A stretch of DNA of 63,964 nucleotides, counting the filler, from Choristocarpus tenellus KU-1152 (lineage: Eukaryota > Protista > Phaeophyceae): NCBI GenBank assembly GCA_964200185.2. It is 12 parts of 12 records of this genome, joined end to end, with 100 filler letters (N's around TTAATTAATTAA, not from the genome) between each part and the next. Parts side by side here need not be neighbours in the genome. Positions count along the whole stretch, not along the records: positions 35,451 to 40,066 come from CAXNAD020013784.1; positions 40,167 to 47,275 come from CAXNAD020006681.1; positions 47,376 to 50,641 come from CAXNAD020021161.1; 9 more parts are not named here. The stretch is one strand, 5' to 3'. The notes beneath the pieces are model-generated. The model saw only the letters and a list, made by a program, of their open reading frames with translations, searched no databases and had not been told where the DNA came from. Each line of letters begins with the position of its first letter. The first letter of the stretch is position 1. The translations under genes were made by a program, and so were the position numbers. This document shows positions 36,550 through 48,094 of this stretch, in pieces.

Positions 36550-37905
36550 CCCCGGGAGCCAGTATCCTGGATTCCTCCTTTGGAGTTCAACATCACCGCC
36601 AGAAGGTCTCCGGGGAGAGAAGATGTATCGTCCAACAGGTGCCTGGTCAGTCGCTGGGTGCAGAAGGCAGAATTGTTACAGGTCAAATGTCTTGATGGCG
36701 GTTTCATAAACACCATTATGACCTTGAAGTCCTAGATTTAATATATTTGTACTTCTTGACTATTTATTTTATAATTAATATCATACCCCCAAATGGTACA
36801 TCAGTGCCAGTTCCTTTTATGTGATGATCTCGATGATACTTATGAAGGGAATAATCCAAGTGAGAGATCCAGCATATTTTACGACTTGTGCATCAGGAGT
36901 CCTATACGTGCATCAGCGTCATCTATAGGCTTGTGGACTGGAGCTATACATCCTGTGAAGGAAAGCTTCTGAAGTGTGGTGTAACATGGAGGTCCTACGG
37001 AGACTTACTTGATTTCTTCTGTTGTGACAGAGTGTTGACACCAGACATGCATCACCTGCCCTAAAATGGGAGAAGCATGCCAGCACACGCCTATGTCGAA
37101 ACAGTTAGACCCAATTTGCAAGGAAATGGGCATCTCTTGCACAATAGAGGGCGACCCTTTCACGGTGGATAGGAACGTCCACATGAATGTGGGGTTCTAC
37201 GAATGTGGTGCTCTAGGCTAGGACACTATTGGAAGCTTGCTCAATCCCCTATTTTGACAAAGACCTATCTCCGGGTGTCGCTTTTGCAGAGGTCATGGCT
37301 GCTTGCCACCTGACCAACTGATCTACCGACAACAAATGGTGCCACTGCCGCGGTAGCCAAGCCACAAGAAAGCGCACTCGTTATGAGGGATCTTCTGATC
37401 CTTGTAGTTTTAACTCGAACACATTCATGATGGAAAGTATTGAGCACCTTGGTAAGTAAGCAGAGAGCTCCTTGATGAGTTGGCCATCCATTCAGGTGGT
37501 AGGAGGGAGAGGGGCTGGGGCTTATAGTAGGAAAGGGATTGCCAACACTCCTTTAAGACATATATAGTATCATTCGCACTAGTACAGTTACCTCTTTTGA
37601 GGCATGTCATGTGTTTTAACCTGGAGACACCAACCTGGTTGGCACGAAGGGGCTCACAGATTTTTTCAATCCTTCCTTAGTTGCTCGCCCTCCTGGTAGG
37701 GCTTGGCTGGAGGGATAGCTTGAAAATTGATTTGTAGGTAGCAATCCAATCTCCTAGGGGACATTATTGTATATTGGTGTAGTTAGCATAGATCCTAAGA
37801 AAGTATCTTGGAAAAGGACAACTTTTGAGTATTATTTTCTCACAGTTCTGGTTGTCTTTTCCCTCCCTCCACACATCTGCAAAATGTCGCTGGACATAAT
37901 GAATG
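36550..37905 (+). mobile_element. Degenerate CRE-like non-LTR retrotransposon 3' part, interrupted by a solo LTR
   Basis: 36560-36673 and 37030-37640 align by eye to 56020-56710 (e.g. GAGTTCAA..CAC.GCCAG, ACCAGACATGC, CATGTGTTTTAA.CTGGAG.CACC); family 3' hairpin remnant at about 37868-37900. Confidence 0.7.
36674..37029. mobile_element. Solo LTR (356 bp) inserted in the CRE-like copy
   Basis: TGTTACA...TGTGACA termini; flanks GAAT / GAGT (4-bp TSD with one mismatch); host sequence resumes colinearly with the uninterrupted copy near 56115. Confidence 0.65.
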
Positions 37906-38028
37906 GTAGAATGATATACTTTGCTGGATATGTATGTTCTCCTACGTATGGTTTAATCTAGCTAGATGGGGTTTTGGTTTCGGTAAGGTACAATAAAGAA
38001 GATGATTCAGAGCAATAACGGGATAAAA

Positions 38029-38100
38029 CGACCTCGCCGGGAATTGAACCCGGATCCCGCCCGTGACAGGGGCGAATGCTAACCATTATACCACGAAGCC
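38029..38100 (-). tRNA. trnD-GUC: tRNA-Asp (anticodon GUC), intronless
   Basis: GGCTTCGTGGTATAATGGTTAGCATTCGCCCCTGTCACGGGCGGGATCCGGGTTCAATTCCCGGCGAGGTCG: 7-bp acceptor stem (two G-U pairs), anticodon stem CGCCC/GGGCG, T-loop TTCAATT, G discriminator, followed by TTTT (Pol III terminator). Confidence 0.95.
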
Positions 38101-38229
38101 AACACACGTTAAACGATGGAAGTACTTATTATTAAATACTAGTATACATGGTTGGGAGGTCTATTATATATACATTAGCAAGATGTAATCGGCTCTATTC
38201 TTGCTCTTAGATCCAAGTACACTACAGTA

Positions 38230-39250
38230 TTGGCGCCATCGATATTTGTGCGTTGTATGACTATAATAGCAAGAACAGACAACAATTATGGTTTCATGAA
38301 TAGGAGCGCTGCACTTGGTTGTCTTAGGAAACCAACACGGTTCATCTACAAGTTCAATCTCGATATATTGTTCAGGTAAAAGACTCCCTCACCACCCTAT
38401 CATAGATTCAGTAAAAAAAATCATGATCGTGCTTTAATTCACCTACGTCTGAATGGTGACACCCTAAAACGTGTGAATTATAAGCAAAATAAGGCCTTGC
38501 CATATCCTTTTTGTAGAACTCAAGTGACTGAGCGAGGTATGCTGATCTATGTAGCCATGTTTGGTAGCTGCATGCATTTGAGTCCAGGTACTAAAACTTG
38601 AATTGATCTGAACAACAGTGGATCAGACCAATAACGGATCAGATGTGTACATGAATGACACAGCTCAGAATAAACGTAATCTAAATCCATAACCACAATT
38701 AAACCAGAAATCCCCTTCGAAATACAGAAACTTGCCTCGATCATAATCACTAAAACACTTTGCATACCACGTAATATCTATTTTTTAATCCATATTTGGA
38801 AGCACCACCAGTTAGTACTTTTACTACTGCTTGTGAAAATAAAGGCATCATCAGCGACTACTGAGCCCATCATATCGCACAATAAATCAACTTGTAAAGT
38901 GGAGGTATCCTTCACCTCACAATAGCATTTTGAATATAAAAATACGTAAAGCATATAGCATGCACCTGCCCCAAGTCCAGAGGTTTGTACTACCCTCATC
39001 GCACATACCGCAAAGTAGCATTTATTTTCTGTCCATGCAAGATGTCAAACGAACCCTTCTAGTCTATCTCAGAGTGGACCATTGGCTGCACCCGTCCACA
39101 AGGGAGAGGACTTCTCATTGCTTGCTGGGTACCTCTCTGATATGTGCGATACTGGAGACTTTGCTTTGGATTAGAAGTATCAGAAATTCAGGGGAAAATA
39201 TAGAATGAGGACTCTAAGTTACAAAGTCAGATAATGTGTATGATGTGTAC
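38230..39250 (-). pseudogene. Degraded Copia RT/RNase H remnant
   Basis: Minus-strand SVVADDAFI (YVDD-like), YSELCHSCTHLIRYWSDP (PDIxxAVxxLSRYxxxP-like) and SKGISGLI; many stops. Confidence 0.45.
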
Positions 39251-39990
39251 CGAGAATGGGTCCGCACGCTTCTCAACCGTGCATAGCCAACAGTATATCG
39301 TTCCTTGCCGACTCACGCCTTCTCGCAGGTACAACGAAACGAATGTTCGGAGATAAGGGGTTGAACTTCTATTCTTGATTTGACAAGATAATTGTGATGT
39401 ACACGATCATTTGCCACTCATAACATGTGATTGCTACCAACTGTACTGTGACATTCGTCTTTTGTTTCGGGCCCATCACCTTCCCCCTATCTTCAGACTC
39501 CTGTTCCGCGCTACCAGAAACATGTTACTTTGAGCATCGGCAACTAAATACTAAAAGATCCAGCAGTCACCAATTAAACAGTCCAGTGTTTTGCTGCAAT
39601 ATTCGTTTGCGACGCTGACTTTTACGCATCGCATTTTTAACGTAGAGCAGCATCCTCCATAACTGAACCTATTAGCTGAAACTAGAAAGTTACATGTTTC
39701 GTAGGAATGAGAGTACACACTACACGCCTTATTTCTGTTTCAGAACTCCAAATGGTTCTACAACCGTCTTTCCATGCATTTTTGTTACCTGAAAGTCAGC
39801 TTATTCTCCTCCAACTTTAGTCTCATTGTTTTGTTATTTATTGTTTAACCTTTTGCGGTTCTAAAAATGCAATTTGGTGTTAAATAGAGCTACCTATGTC
39901 ATGTTTACCCTGATGGAGTATTGCCCCATAACATAGGACAACAACATTCTACGAACCATTTGCATTTCAACTTGAGAGGGCAGTCGGTAT

Positions 39991-40066
39991 GATCCAGAGT
40001 ATCTGGGGGGGGGGGGCCTACACCAGGGGGTCCATTTGGGAAATATCCAGGAAAAGTAAACTTTCA
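39991..40066. mobile_element. MITE terminus at contig end
   Basis: GATCCAGAGTATCTG(G)nCCTACACCAGGGGGTCCATTTGGG matches the reverse complement of about 2950-3022. Confidence 0.75.
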
Positions 40067-41021
40067 NNNNNNNNNNNNNNNNNNNNNNNNNNNNNNNNNN
40101 NNNNNNNNNNTTAATTAATTAANNNNNNNNNNNNNNNNNNNNNNNNNNNNNNNNNNNNNNNNNNNNGATTGAGCACCATCCCTCGAGGTTGGGGGTGCTC
40201 TGCCACGTTATCTATTGCGCACGTCAAGCAGACACGTCAGAACGTGTGTGTGTCAGTCGCACGATTTCAGTTGTTCTGTCACTAGTACTACGTCACTCAC
40301 TCTTCGTCACTTGTACTACGTCACTTGTTCTGCGACACTGGTACTATGTCAGTCGTTCTGGGTCAGCCGAAGTTGCGTCAGTCGTCCTGCGTCAGAAACT
40401 TACATTAAGCAGCAATAATAAATCAAACCATCGATATTTGATGGTTTGATTTTGATTTCAGCAAACACGTCAGAACGTGTCTGTGTCTGTCGCACTATGT
40501 CAGTCGTTCTGCATCAGTCGTAACTGCGTCAATCGTCCTGGGTCAGACACTTCCATTACTCAGCAATAAGAAATCAACTTATCTAGATTGGACCCTATGA
40601 CTCTAAGCGGAAGGAAAAAGGTAATTGGCAATTGATCCACTCACTCAACATTTCTGTTACATAGGAATGTTTACGAAACCCATAAGAACCTATAGACTAC
40701 CAGCCTATATCGTAGAAAAGCTCTTGGTGATATATGGGCAATCCGACTGGGGCACTGAGTAAGAAACACGCAGGAGCGTCACAGGATACCTACTATTGTT
40801 CAGACGATCGCTGATCGCCAGTTGCTCTAAGCCTCAAGGCGCTGTCACTATTTACATCGCGAAGGCAAACTGGACAGTAATGGCATAAGGCATGCGCCAG
40901 TGCATTTTTCTTCGAGGCATTCTTGGCGAGATCAGGATACTACAGGACCAGATTCCCTGGTTTTGTGATAACCGTAGTGTTATCCAGGCGGGCAGTATTA
41001 GATGTTCAAGGAGAGAACTTG

Positions 41022-41303
41022 TGTAATATACGTTGTCAGTCTAATCTAGATGAGTTGATTTCTTATTGCTGAGTAATGTAAGTGTCTGACGCAGGACGAC
41101 TGACGACTGATGCAGAGCGACTGAAGCAGAACGAGTTAAATAGAACAAGTGACGCAGACACGTTCTGACGTGTCTGCTTGACGTGCGCAATAGATAACGT
41201 GGCAGAGCACCCCCAACCTCGAGGGATGGTGCTCAATCCGCTAAGAAATTCATTCATATCACATAAAGCAAAAACTCTATTTGAACATCTCTTTTTTTGC
41301 ACA
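41022..41303 (+). repeat. Copia LTR (about 282 bp); mirror copy at 46139-46420 (-)
   Basis: TGTAAT...TGCACA termini, preceded by purine-rich AAGGAGAGAA and followed directly by the PBS. Confidence 0.8.
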
Positions 41304-41314
41304 GGTTATGAGCC
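41304..41314 (+). promoter_or_regulatory. Primer-binding site GGTTATGAGCC (internal half-tRNA-iMet type); mirror copy at 46128-46138
   Basis: Directly follows the LTR terminal CA; one mismatch from the Drosophila copia-type PBS GGTTATGGGCC. Confidence 0.8.
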
Positions 41315-43717
41315 TCACAGGGGTGGCAGCGGACCCACGTAAGCTGTCACTATGGAGTGGCACGCTTGGGCATACAAGGGAGAAGTGGGCAGAATGGTGG
41401 ATGGCGCTAGTGAGCTATGCTGGTGACAAGGGACTGTACCGCATCCTCTGCACCTCCTACGGCTGATACATCGTTTGGGGAAGGCAGCGCGTACGAGGAG
41501 TACGTCAAGCTTCGCGGGGCCTTGTGATTGCTGCTGGGCCAGGCCACGAGGGGGGCTGCAGCGATGATGGTCAGCACCCACGAAAACAACGGCAACACCG
41601 ACGGCAGGGCAGCCTGGCTCGAGTTGGAGCAGATCTATGGGGAGAGCGCCGCACTCCAGCAGCCTGTGCAGCTCATAGCTCTCGAGATGAAGCTGCGCGA
41701 CATGTAACTGCTCGTTGGTGGAGGACGTTGCCGACTTCGTCATCCGTCTCGATGACGTCTGGACAGAGTACGAGCACAGCTGGAGGCGGCCAAGGAGGAC
41801 GAGGCAAAGAAAGGGGTTCTGATCATGGGCATCAGGGACAGCATGTCACCGGTGTTAGATCAGCTGTCCACAGCTCCAGATCTCACAGCTGATCAACTCA
41901 AAAACGCTATCATCTCTTCCTCTTCATACATGACCACGGAGGTTACAGGGGGAACGACCAGGAGCTCGGGGGCTATGGCGCTCCACACAGGAGCAGGGAC
42001 ACCGACAAGGAGAGAGGGGCCCGGGAGCTGCCTCGGTTCGAACTAATATGCCTTCTGTCTCAAATCCACCCACAGACGGACAGAGTGACACTCGTACTTG
42101 GCTGGCAAACCTCTTTCTAATCGCCCCCACGTGCTCGGGGTGACGCGCAAGTTTCCACCAACCAACCAGGGACCGGAGCAGCGGTGGGGGAGGATGCGGC
42201 AAGGCTCATCGCGGGTGTTCCATGAACGTATCTGTATGGAAGGACGTGTGCAACAGGATGGTCGAGGCAGCGCTCCTGTCCTCATATCAAGATCTGTCCA
42301 AGACCATCAGCCTACTGTCCCATTCGGGTGCAAATGTTCACCTTATCCCCCCCCCGACTGCAGGACGTCACGGCAGCAACAGCTATTACCATCACCAGCA
42401 CCTTTGTTTCCAAAGGTATACTGGACACTGGAGCAACCGGCGAGATGGTCCTGGAGGCAACTGACGAGACGGGCACAGCGACAACTATTTTTCTCGAAAA
42501 TATGCTTTAGTTACCGTACCGGGTCTGCCATGCAGGCTTCTCAGCACAGGCAGCGTGCGACACAAGGAAGGTGAGTTCGTGGACTCAGGGATCGGGATGA
42601 ACTACATCCAGGCAACAAAGGGGTCAGCCAAGATCCATTTGGAGGAGAAGGGAGACTTGATGATGGTGCGGGCCCAGTTTCAGGTGAAAAAGGGGAAGAA
42701 GGGCTAGGGAATGATAAATTCTAGCTACGCCAATAAGCAGCAGGGTCTTTCCCTCTCCGACTGACACAACATCATGGGTCACCTCAACCCATACGCGATT
42801 AAACACCTGTAGAACCGAGGCCTGGACATAGCAGATGCTACAGTCGCCTTAGAGTTCCACTGTCAGGTATGCAAGGAGTGCAAGCCCAAGGAACTTAGTT
42901 ACGCACAGGGTGACCGAAGTCTCTAGACGATCGGGAGGTGGTGCACACATATCTGGAGGGACCCTTGGACCCGGATGTGACAAGTATGAAGTACTTGGAG
43001 GTGTTCGTGGACTAAGCCAGCCGGGAGAAGTGCAATAGATAACGATGCAGAGCACTTTCACACCTCGAGGGATGGTGCTCACTCCACCAAAAAATTCAGT
43101 CATATTACATAAAGCAAAGCTCTCTTTTAACAGCTCTTTTGCACACAGTCAAAATGACGAGTGCCTCTACTTCACGAGTAGTGAAAACAGATTTATGGCC
43201 ATGCTCACCACCTACGTGGACGACACTGCAGCACCGGGGACTCGACGGAGAAGATCCAGAGGATGTGGACGTCGCTCCTGGAGAAGTACCAAGGGCAGGA
43301 CCTCGGCATACTGGACAAGCTGATTGGTGTGGGCTTCACTGTGGGTGCGAACGGTATCTCCCTGGACCAACAGCTCTATGCGGAAAGCATTGTAATGGCC
43401 ATGATGGGCTCCAGCGAAGTGCGGGACACATCCACATCACTCGACCCCGGCATGGACCTCTCCAGCACGACAACGAGGAGGAACTGAATCCCACCATCTA
43501 CTCCTATGCCAGTATCCTCGGCCAACTCATGTTTCTAGTAGGCATGACTCGACCGGACCTGACGAACAGCGTTCATGAATTGGGGCGCAGGGCGGCCTTC
43601 CATGCATGCGACACTGCCGCAGACTGCAACACGTTCTCTGCTACGTAGCAGGGACACTGGACTTCTGAATTGACTATGGTCGGGGGAATAAAGATATGAA
43701 CGGAGGAGACGGAGAGC

Positions 43718-43977
43718 TGTGAGAAAGAACTGTTCAAATAGAGTTTTTCCTTTTTGTGTTCTAAATAAATTTATTAGCAGAATGAGCACCATCCCTCGAG
43801 GTGGGGGGCTCTCTGCCTTGTTATCTATTGCGTACGTTAGCAGACACGTCAGAAGGTGTTGGAGTCAGTAGCACTACGTCACTCGTTCTGCAGAAGTCGT
43901 AGCTGCATTAGTCGTCCGGCATCAGCTACTTATATAAAGCAGAAATAAAAAATACATTCGAAACTGTTACTATTACA
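43718..43977 (-). mobile_element. LTR of a related Copia subfamily at the centre of the palindrome
   Basis: Minus-strand TGTAATAG...CTCACA; shares GAGCACCATCCCTCGAGG and GTTATCTATTGCG with the 41022-41303 LTR; truncates the left RT at the RT/RNase H junction. Confidence 0.75.
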
Positions 43978-44089
43978 TGTAGAAACAAGTCGTTCATACT
44001 TCACTCGATCAATGCTTCTGCTAAATAATACTGAGTACCAAAAACATTAGAACCCATAGACTACCAGCCTATATTGTACATTCCGCCAT

Positions 44090-46721
44090 GAGCTTGCAGT
44101 CCCATACCCCACCAAGAGCTCTCCATCTCTTTCGCTCATACCTTTACTCTCCCGACCATAGTCAGTGCAGACGTCCAGTGTCCCTGCTACGTAGCGGAGA
44201 ATGTGTTGCAGTCCGCGCCAGTGCCGCATGCATGGAAACGCCGCCCTGCACCCAGTTCACGAACGCTATTGACCAGGTCCGGGCGAGTCATGCCTACTAG
44301 AAACATGAGTTGGCCGAGGATGCTGGTATAGGGGAAGGTGGTGGGATTCAGTTCCTCCTCGTTGTCGTGCCTGGAAGAGAGGTCGATGCCGGGGTTGAGT
44401 AGTGTAGATGTGTCCTTCACTTCGCTGGAGCCCATCCCGGCCATGTCAATGCTTTCCGCATATAGCTGTTGGTCCAGGGTGATGCCGTCCGCACCCACAG
44501 TGATGTCCACCCCAATCAGCTTGTCCGGAGTGCCAAGGTCCTGCCCCTCGTACTTCTCCAGCAGCGATGCACTCATCCTTTGGATCCTCTGTGAACTCCG
44601 CAATGATGGCAGTGTCTTCCACGTAGGTGATGAGGATGGCGATGCGTCCATCTTCACTCTTCCGGAAGTAGAGGCACTCATCATATTGACTGTGTGCGAA
44701 AGAGCTGTTAAAAGAGAGCTTTGCTTTATGTAATATGACTGAATTTTTTGGTGGAGTGAGCACCATCCCTCGAGGTGTGAAGATTTTCTGCATCGTTATC
44801 TATTGCACTTTTCCCGGCTGGCTTAGTCCACGAACACCTCAAAGTACTTCATACTTGTCACGTCCGGGTCCAAGGGTCCCTCCAGATATGTGTGCCGATC
44901 GTCTAGGGACTTCGGTCACCCTGTGCGCAACTAAGTTCCTTGGACTTGCACTCCTAGTTGTCGCTGTGCCCGTCTCGTCAGTTGCCTCCAGGACCATCTC
45001 GCCGGTTGCTCCAGTGTCCAGTATACCTTTGGAAACAAAGGTGCTGGTGATGGTAATAGCTGTTGCTGCCGTGACGTCCTGCAGTCGGGGGGGGGATAAG
45101 GTGAACATTTGCACCCGAATGGGACAGTAGGCTGATGGTCTTGGACAGATCTTGATATGAGGACAGGAGCGCTGCCTCGACCATCCTGTTGCACACGTCC
45201 TTCCATACAGATACGTTCATGGAACACCCGCGATGAGCCTTGCCGCATCCTCCCCCACCGCTGCTCCGGTCCCTGGTTGGTTGGTGGAAACTTGCGCGTC
45301 ACCCCAAGCACGTGGGGGCGATTAGAAAGAGGTTTGCCAGCCAAGTACGAGTGACACTCTGTCCATCTGTGGTTGAATTTGAGACAGAAAGCATATTAGT
45401 TCGAACCGAGGCAGCTCCCGGACCCCTCTCTCCTTGTCGGTGTCCCTGCACCTGTGTGGAGCGCCATAGCCCCCGAGCTCCTGGTCGTTCCCCCTGTAAC
45501 CTCCGTGGTCATGTATGAAGAGGAAGAGATGATAGCGTTTTTGAGTTGATCAGCTGTGAGATCTGGAGCTGTGGACAGCTGATCTAACACCGGTGACATG
45601 CTGTCCCTGATGCCCATGATCAGAACCCCTTTCTTTGCCTCGTCCTCCTTGGCCGCCTCCAGCTGTGCTCGTACTCTGTCCAGACGTCATCGAGACGGAT
45701 GACGAAGTCGGCAACGTCCTCCACCAACGAGCAGTTACATGTCGCGCAGCTTCATCTCGAGAGCTATGAGCTGCACAGGCTGCTGGAGTGCGGCGCTCTC
45801 CCCATAGATCTGCTCCAACTCGAGCCAGGCTGCCCTGCCGTCGGTGTTGCCGTTGTTTTCGTGGGTGCTGACCATCATCGCTGCAGCCCCCCTCGTGGCC
45901 TGGCCCAGCAGCAATCACAAGGCCCCGCGAAGCTTGACGTACTCCTCGTACGCGCTGCCTTCCCCAAACGATGTATCAGCCGTAGGAGGTGCAGAGGATG
46001 CGGTACAGTCCCTTGTCACCAGCATAGCTCACTAGCGCCATCCACCATTCTGCCCACTTCTCCCTTGTATGCCCAAGCGTGCCACTCCATAGTGACAGCT
46101 TACGTGGGTCCGCTGCCACCCCTGTGAGGCTCATAACCTGTGCAAAAAAAGAGATGTTCAAATAGAGTTTTTGCTTTATGTGATATGAATGAATTTCTTA
46201 GCGGATTGAGCACCATCCCTCGAGGTTGGGGGTGCTCTGCCACGTTATCTATTGCGCACGTCAAGCAGACACGTCAGAACGTGTCTGCGTCACTTGTTCT
46301 ATTTAACTCGTTCTGCTTCAGTCGCTCTGCATCAGTCGTCAGTCGTCCTGCGTCAGACACTTACATTACTCAGCAATAAGAAATCAACTCATCTAGATTA
46401 GACTGACAACGTATATTACACAAGTTCTCTCCTTGAACATCTAATACTGCCCGCCTGGATAACACTACGGTTATCACAAAACCAGGGAATCTGGTCCTGT
46501 AGTATCCTGATCTCGCCAAGAATGCCTCGAAGAAAAATGCACTGGCGCATGCCTTATGCCATTACTGTCCAGTTTGCCTTCGCGATGTAAATAGTGACAG
46601 CGCCTTGAGGCTTAGAGCAACTGGCGATCAGCGATCGTCTGAACAATAGTAGGTATCCTGTGACGCTCCTGCGTGTTTCTTACTCAGTGCCCCAGTCGGA
46701 TTGCCCATATATCACCAAGAG
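44090..46721 (-). mobile_element. Second, inverted copy of the rearranged Copia element, lacking about 387 bp including the integrase zinc finger
   Basis: Mirror of 40721-43717; RT ITYVED, YTSILGQLMFLVGMTRPDL, HWRGLQHILRYVAGT; sequence equivalent to 42488-42874 is missing at 44954/44955. Confidence 0.9.
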
Positions 46722-48094
46722 CTTTTCTACGATATAGGCTGGTAGTCTATAGGTTCTTATGGGTTTCGTAAACATTCCTATGTAACAGAAATGTTGAGTG
46801 AGTGGATCAATTGCCAATTACCTTTTTCCTTCCGCTTAGAGTCATAGGGTCCAATCTAGATAAGTTGATTTCTTATTGCTGAGTAATGGAAGTGTCTGAC
46901 CCAGGACGATTGACGCAGTTACGACTGATGCAGAACGACTGACATAGTGCGACAGACACAGACACGTTCTGACGTGTTTGCTGAAATCAAAATCAAACCA
47001 TCAAATATCGATGGTTTGATTTATTATTGCTGCTTAATGTAAGTTTCTGACGCAGGACGACTGACGCAACTTCGGCTGACCCAGAACGACTGACATAGTA
47101 CCAGTGTCGCAGAACAAGTGACGTAGTACAAGTGACGAAGAGTGAGTGACGTAGTACTAGTGACAGAACAACTGAAATCGTGCGACTGACACACACACGT
47201 TCTGACGTGTCTGCTTGACGTGCGCAATAGATAACGTGGCAGAGCACCCCCAACCTCGAGGGATGGTGCTCAATCNNNNNNNNNNNNNNNNNNNNNNNNN
47301 NNNNNNNNNNNNNNNNNNNTTAATTAATTAANNNNNNNNNNNNNNNNNNNNNNNNNNNNNNNNNNNNNNNNNNNNCTCTACAGACACCAAGCAATCTCGC
47401 CGGGTTTATCACCTTTACCCTCTTTGATGATTTTGGGGATACTTTAACAGACTACGCATATCACTCATCGGTTCTTCGCAACACCATGATTCCTCATTGC
47501 TAGTAGTCTACGCATTTTGCTTACATGTACAATGCATTCGATTCAGGTTTCAACAGAAGGTGGAGCAGGAGTGCGATTTCCTGAACAAGAATTGGATACT
47601 GCAAATTCGACCACTTCCAAGAAGTAAAAGAAGAAAAGCGAATGGAAGACCAGACTAATGCCAAGTCTACAAAAAAGGACCCTTGAAGACGCGGGCTCAC
47701 CCCTTCCGGGGGTGGGCCGGCAGGACGAGACCAATGGACGTCATTACTATCACAACATATGCAAGGAACGTCAGGGATTCCAACACCAGGGTCGCTACGC
47801 GGGACAATTAAAGGTAAAGGGGAAGGGGGAGGGTGAGGGGGGAAAAGTGATGAATTTGAAGATTGGTTGAGGGTGTGGGAGAAGCGGAAAGGAGAAAGGA
47901 TCGGGTAATGGTAGTGAAGGGACTGAATGACCTGACTAAGAAGGGGGAAGCATTACTAGGAGGGTGTGGGGGGATTTGGAAACACTAGTGGATAGGTTGG
48001 GGGAAAGGTGGAGTCCCAAACGGTTCAACTGGGGGAAGATTGAGGATAATTTGGGGAAAAGGCTGGATTCCCACAGATAGATAAACTCCAACAG

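Larger units (their letters stand above)
40721..43717 (+). mobile_element. Rearranged defective Ty1/Copia LTR retrotransposon (RNase H - LTR - PBS - gag - integrase N-terminus - LTR fragment - RT)
   Basis: RNase H YGQSDWG..TRRSVTGYL..SKPQGAV..WFCDNRSVI (40724-41005); gag-like VADFVIRLDDVW..LIMGIRDSMSPVL; integrase zinc finger HNIMGHLN..CQVCKECK and core start EVVHTYLEGP..KYLEVFVD; RT DECLY..TYVDD, YASILGQLMFL..TRPDL. Confidence 0.9.
40167..47275. repeat. Large inverted repeat spanning a whole contig (colinear arms 40167-42487 / 44955-47275, plus diverged inner arms)
   Basis: Mirror ORF pairs have a constant coordinate sum of 87442 (e.g. 41063-41302 / 46140-46379, 42098 / 45344); the contig begins GATTGAGCACCATCCCTCGAGG and ends with its reverse complement. 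Confidence 0.97.

Noticed and set aside
40167-47275. Recurring 18-mer GAGCACCATCCCTCGAGG as a recombinase site or regulatory array
   Set aside because: All seven occurrences lie within copies or fragments of the Copia LTR
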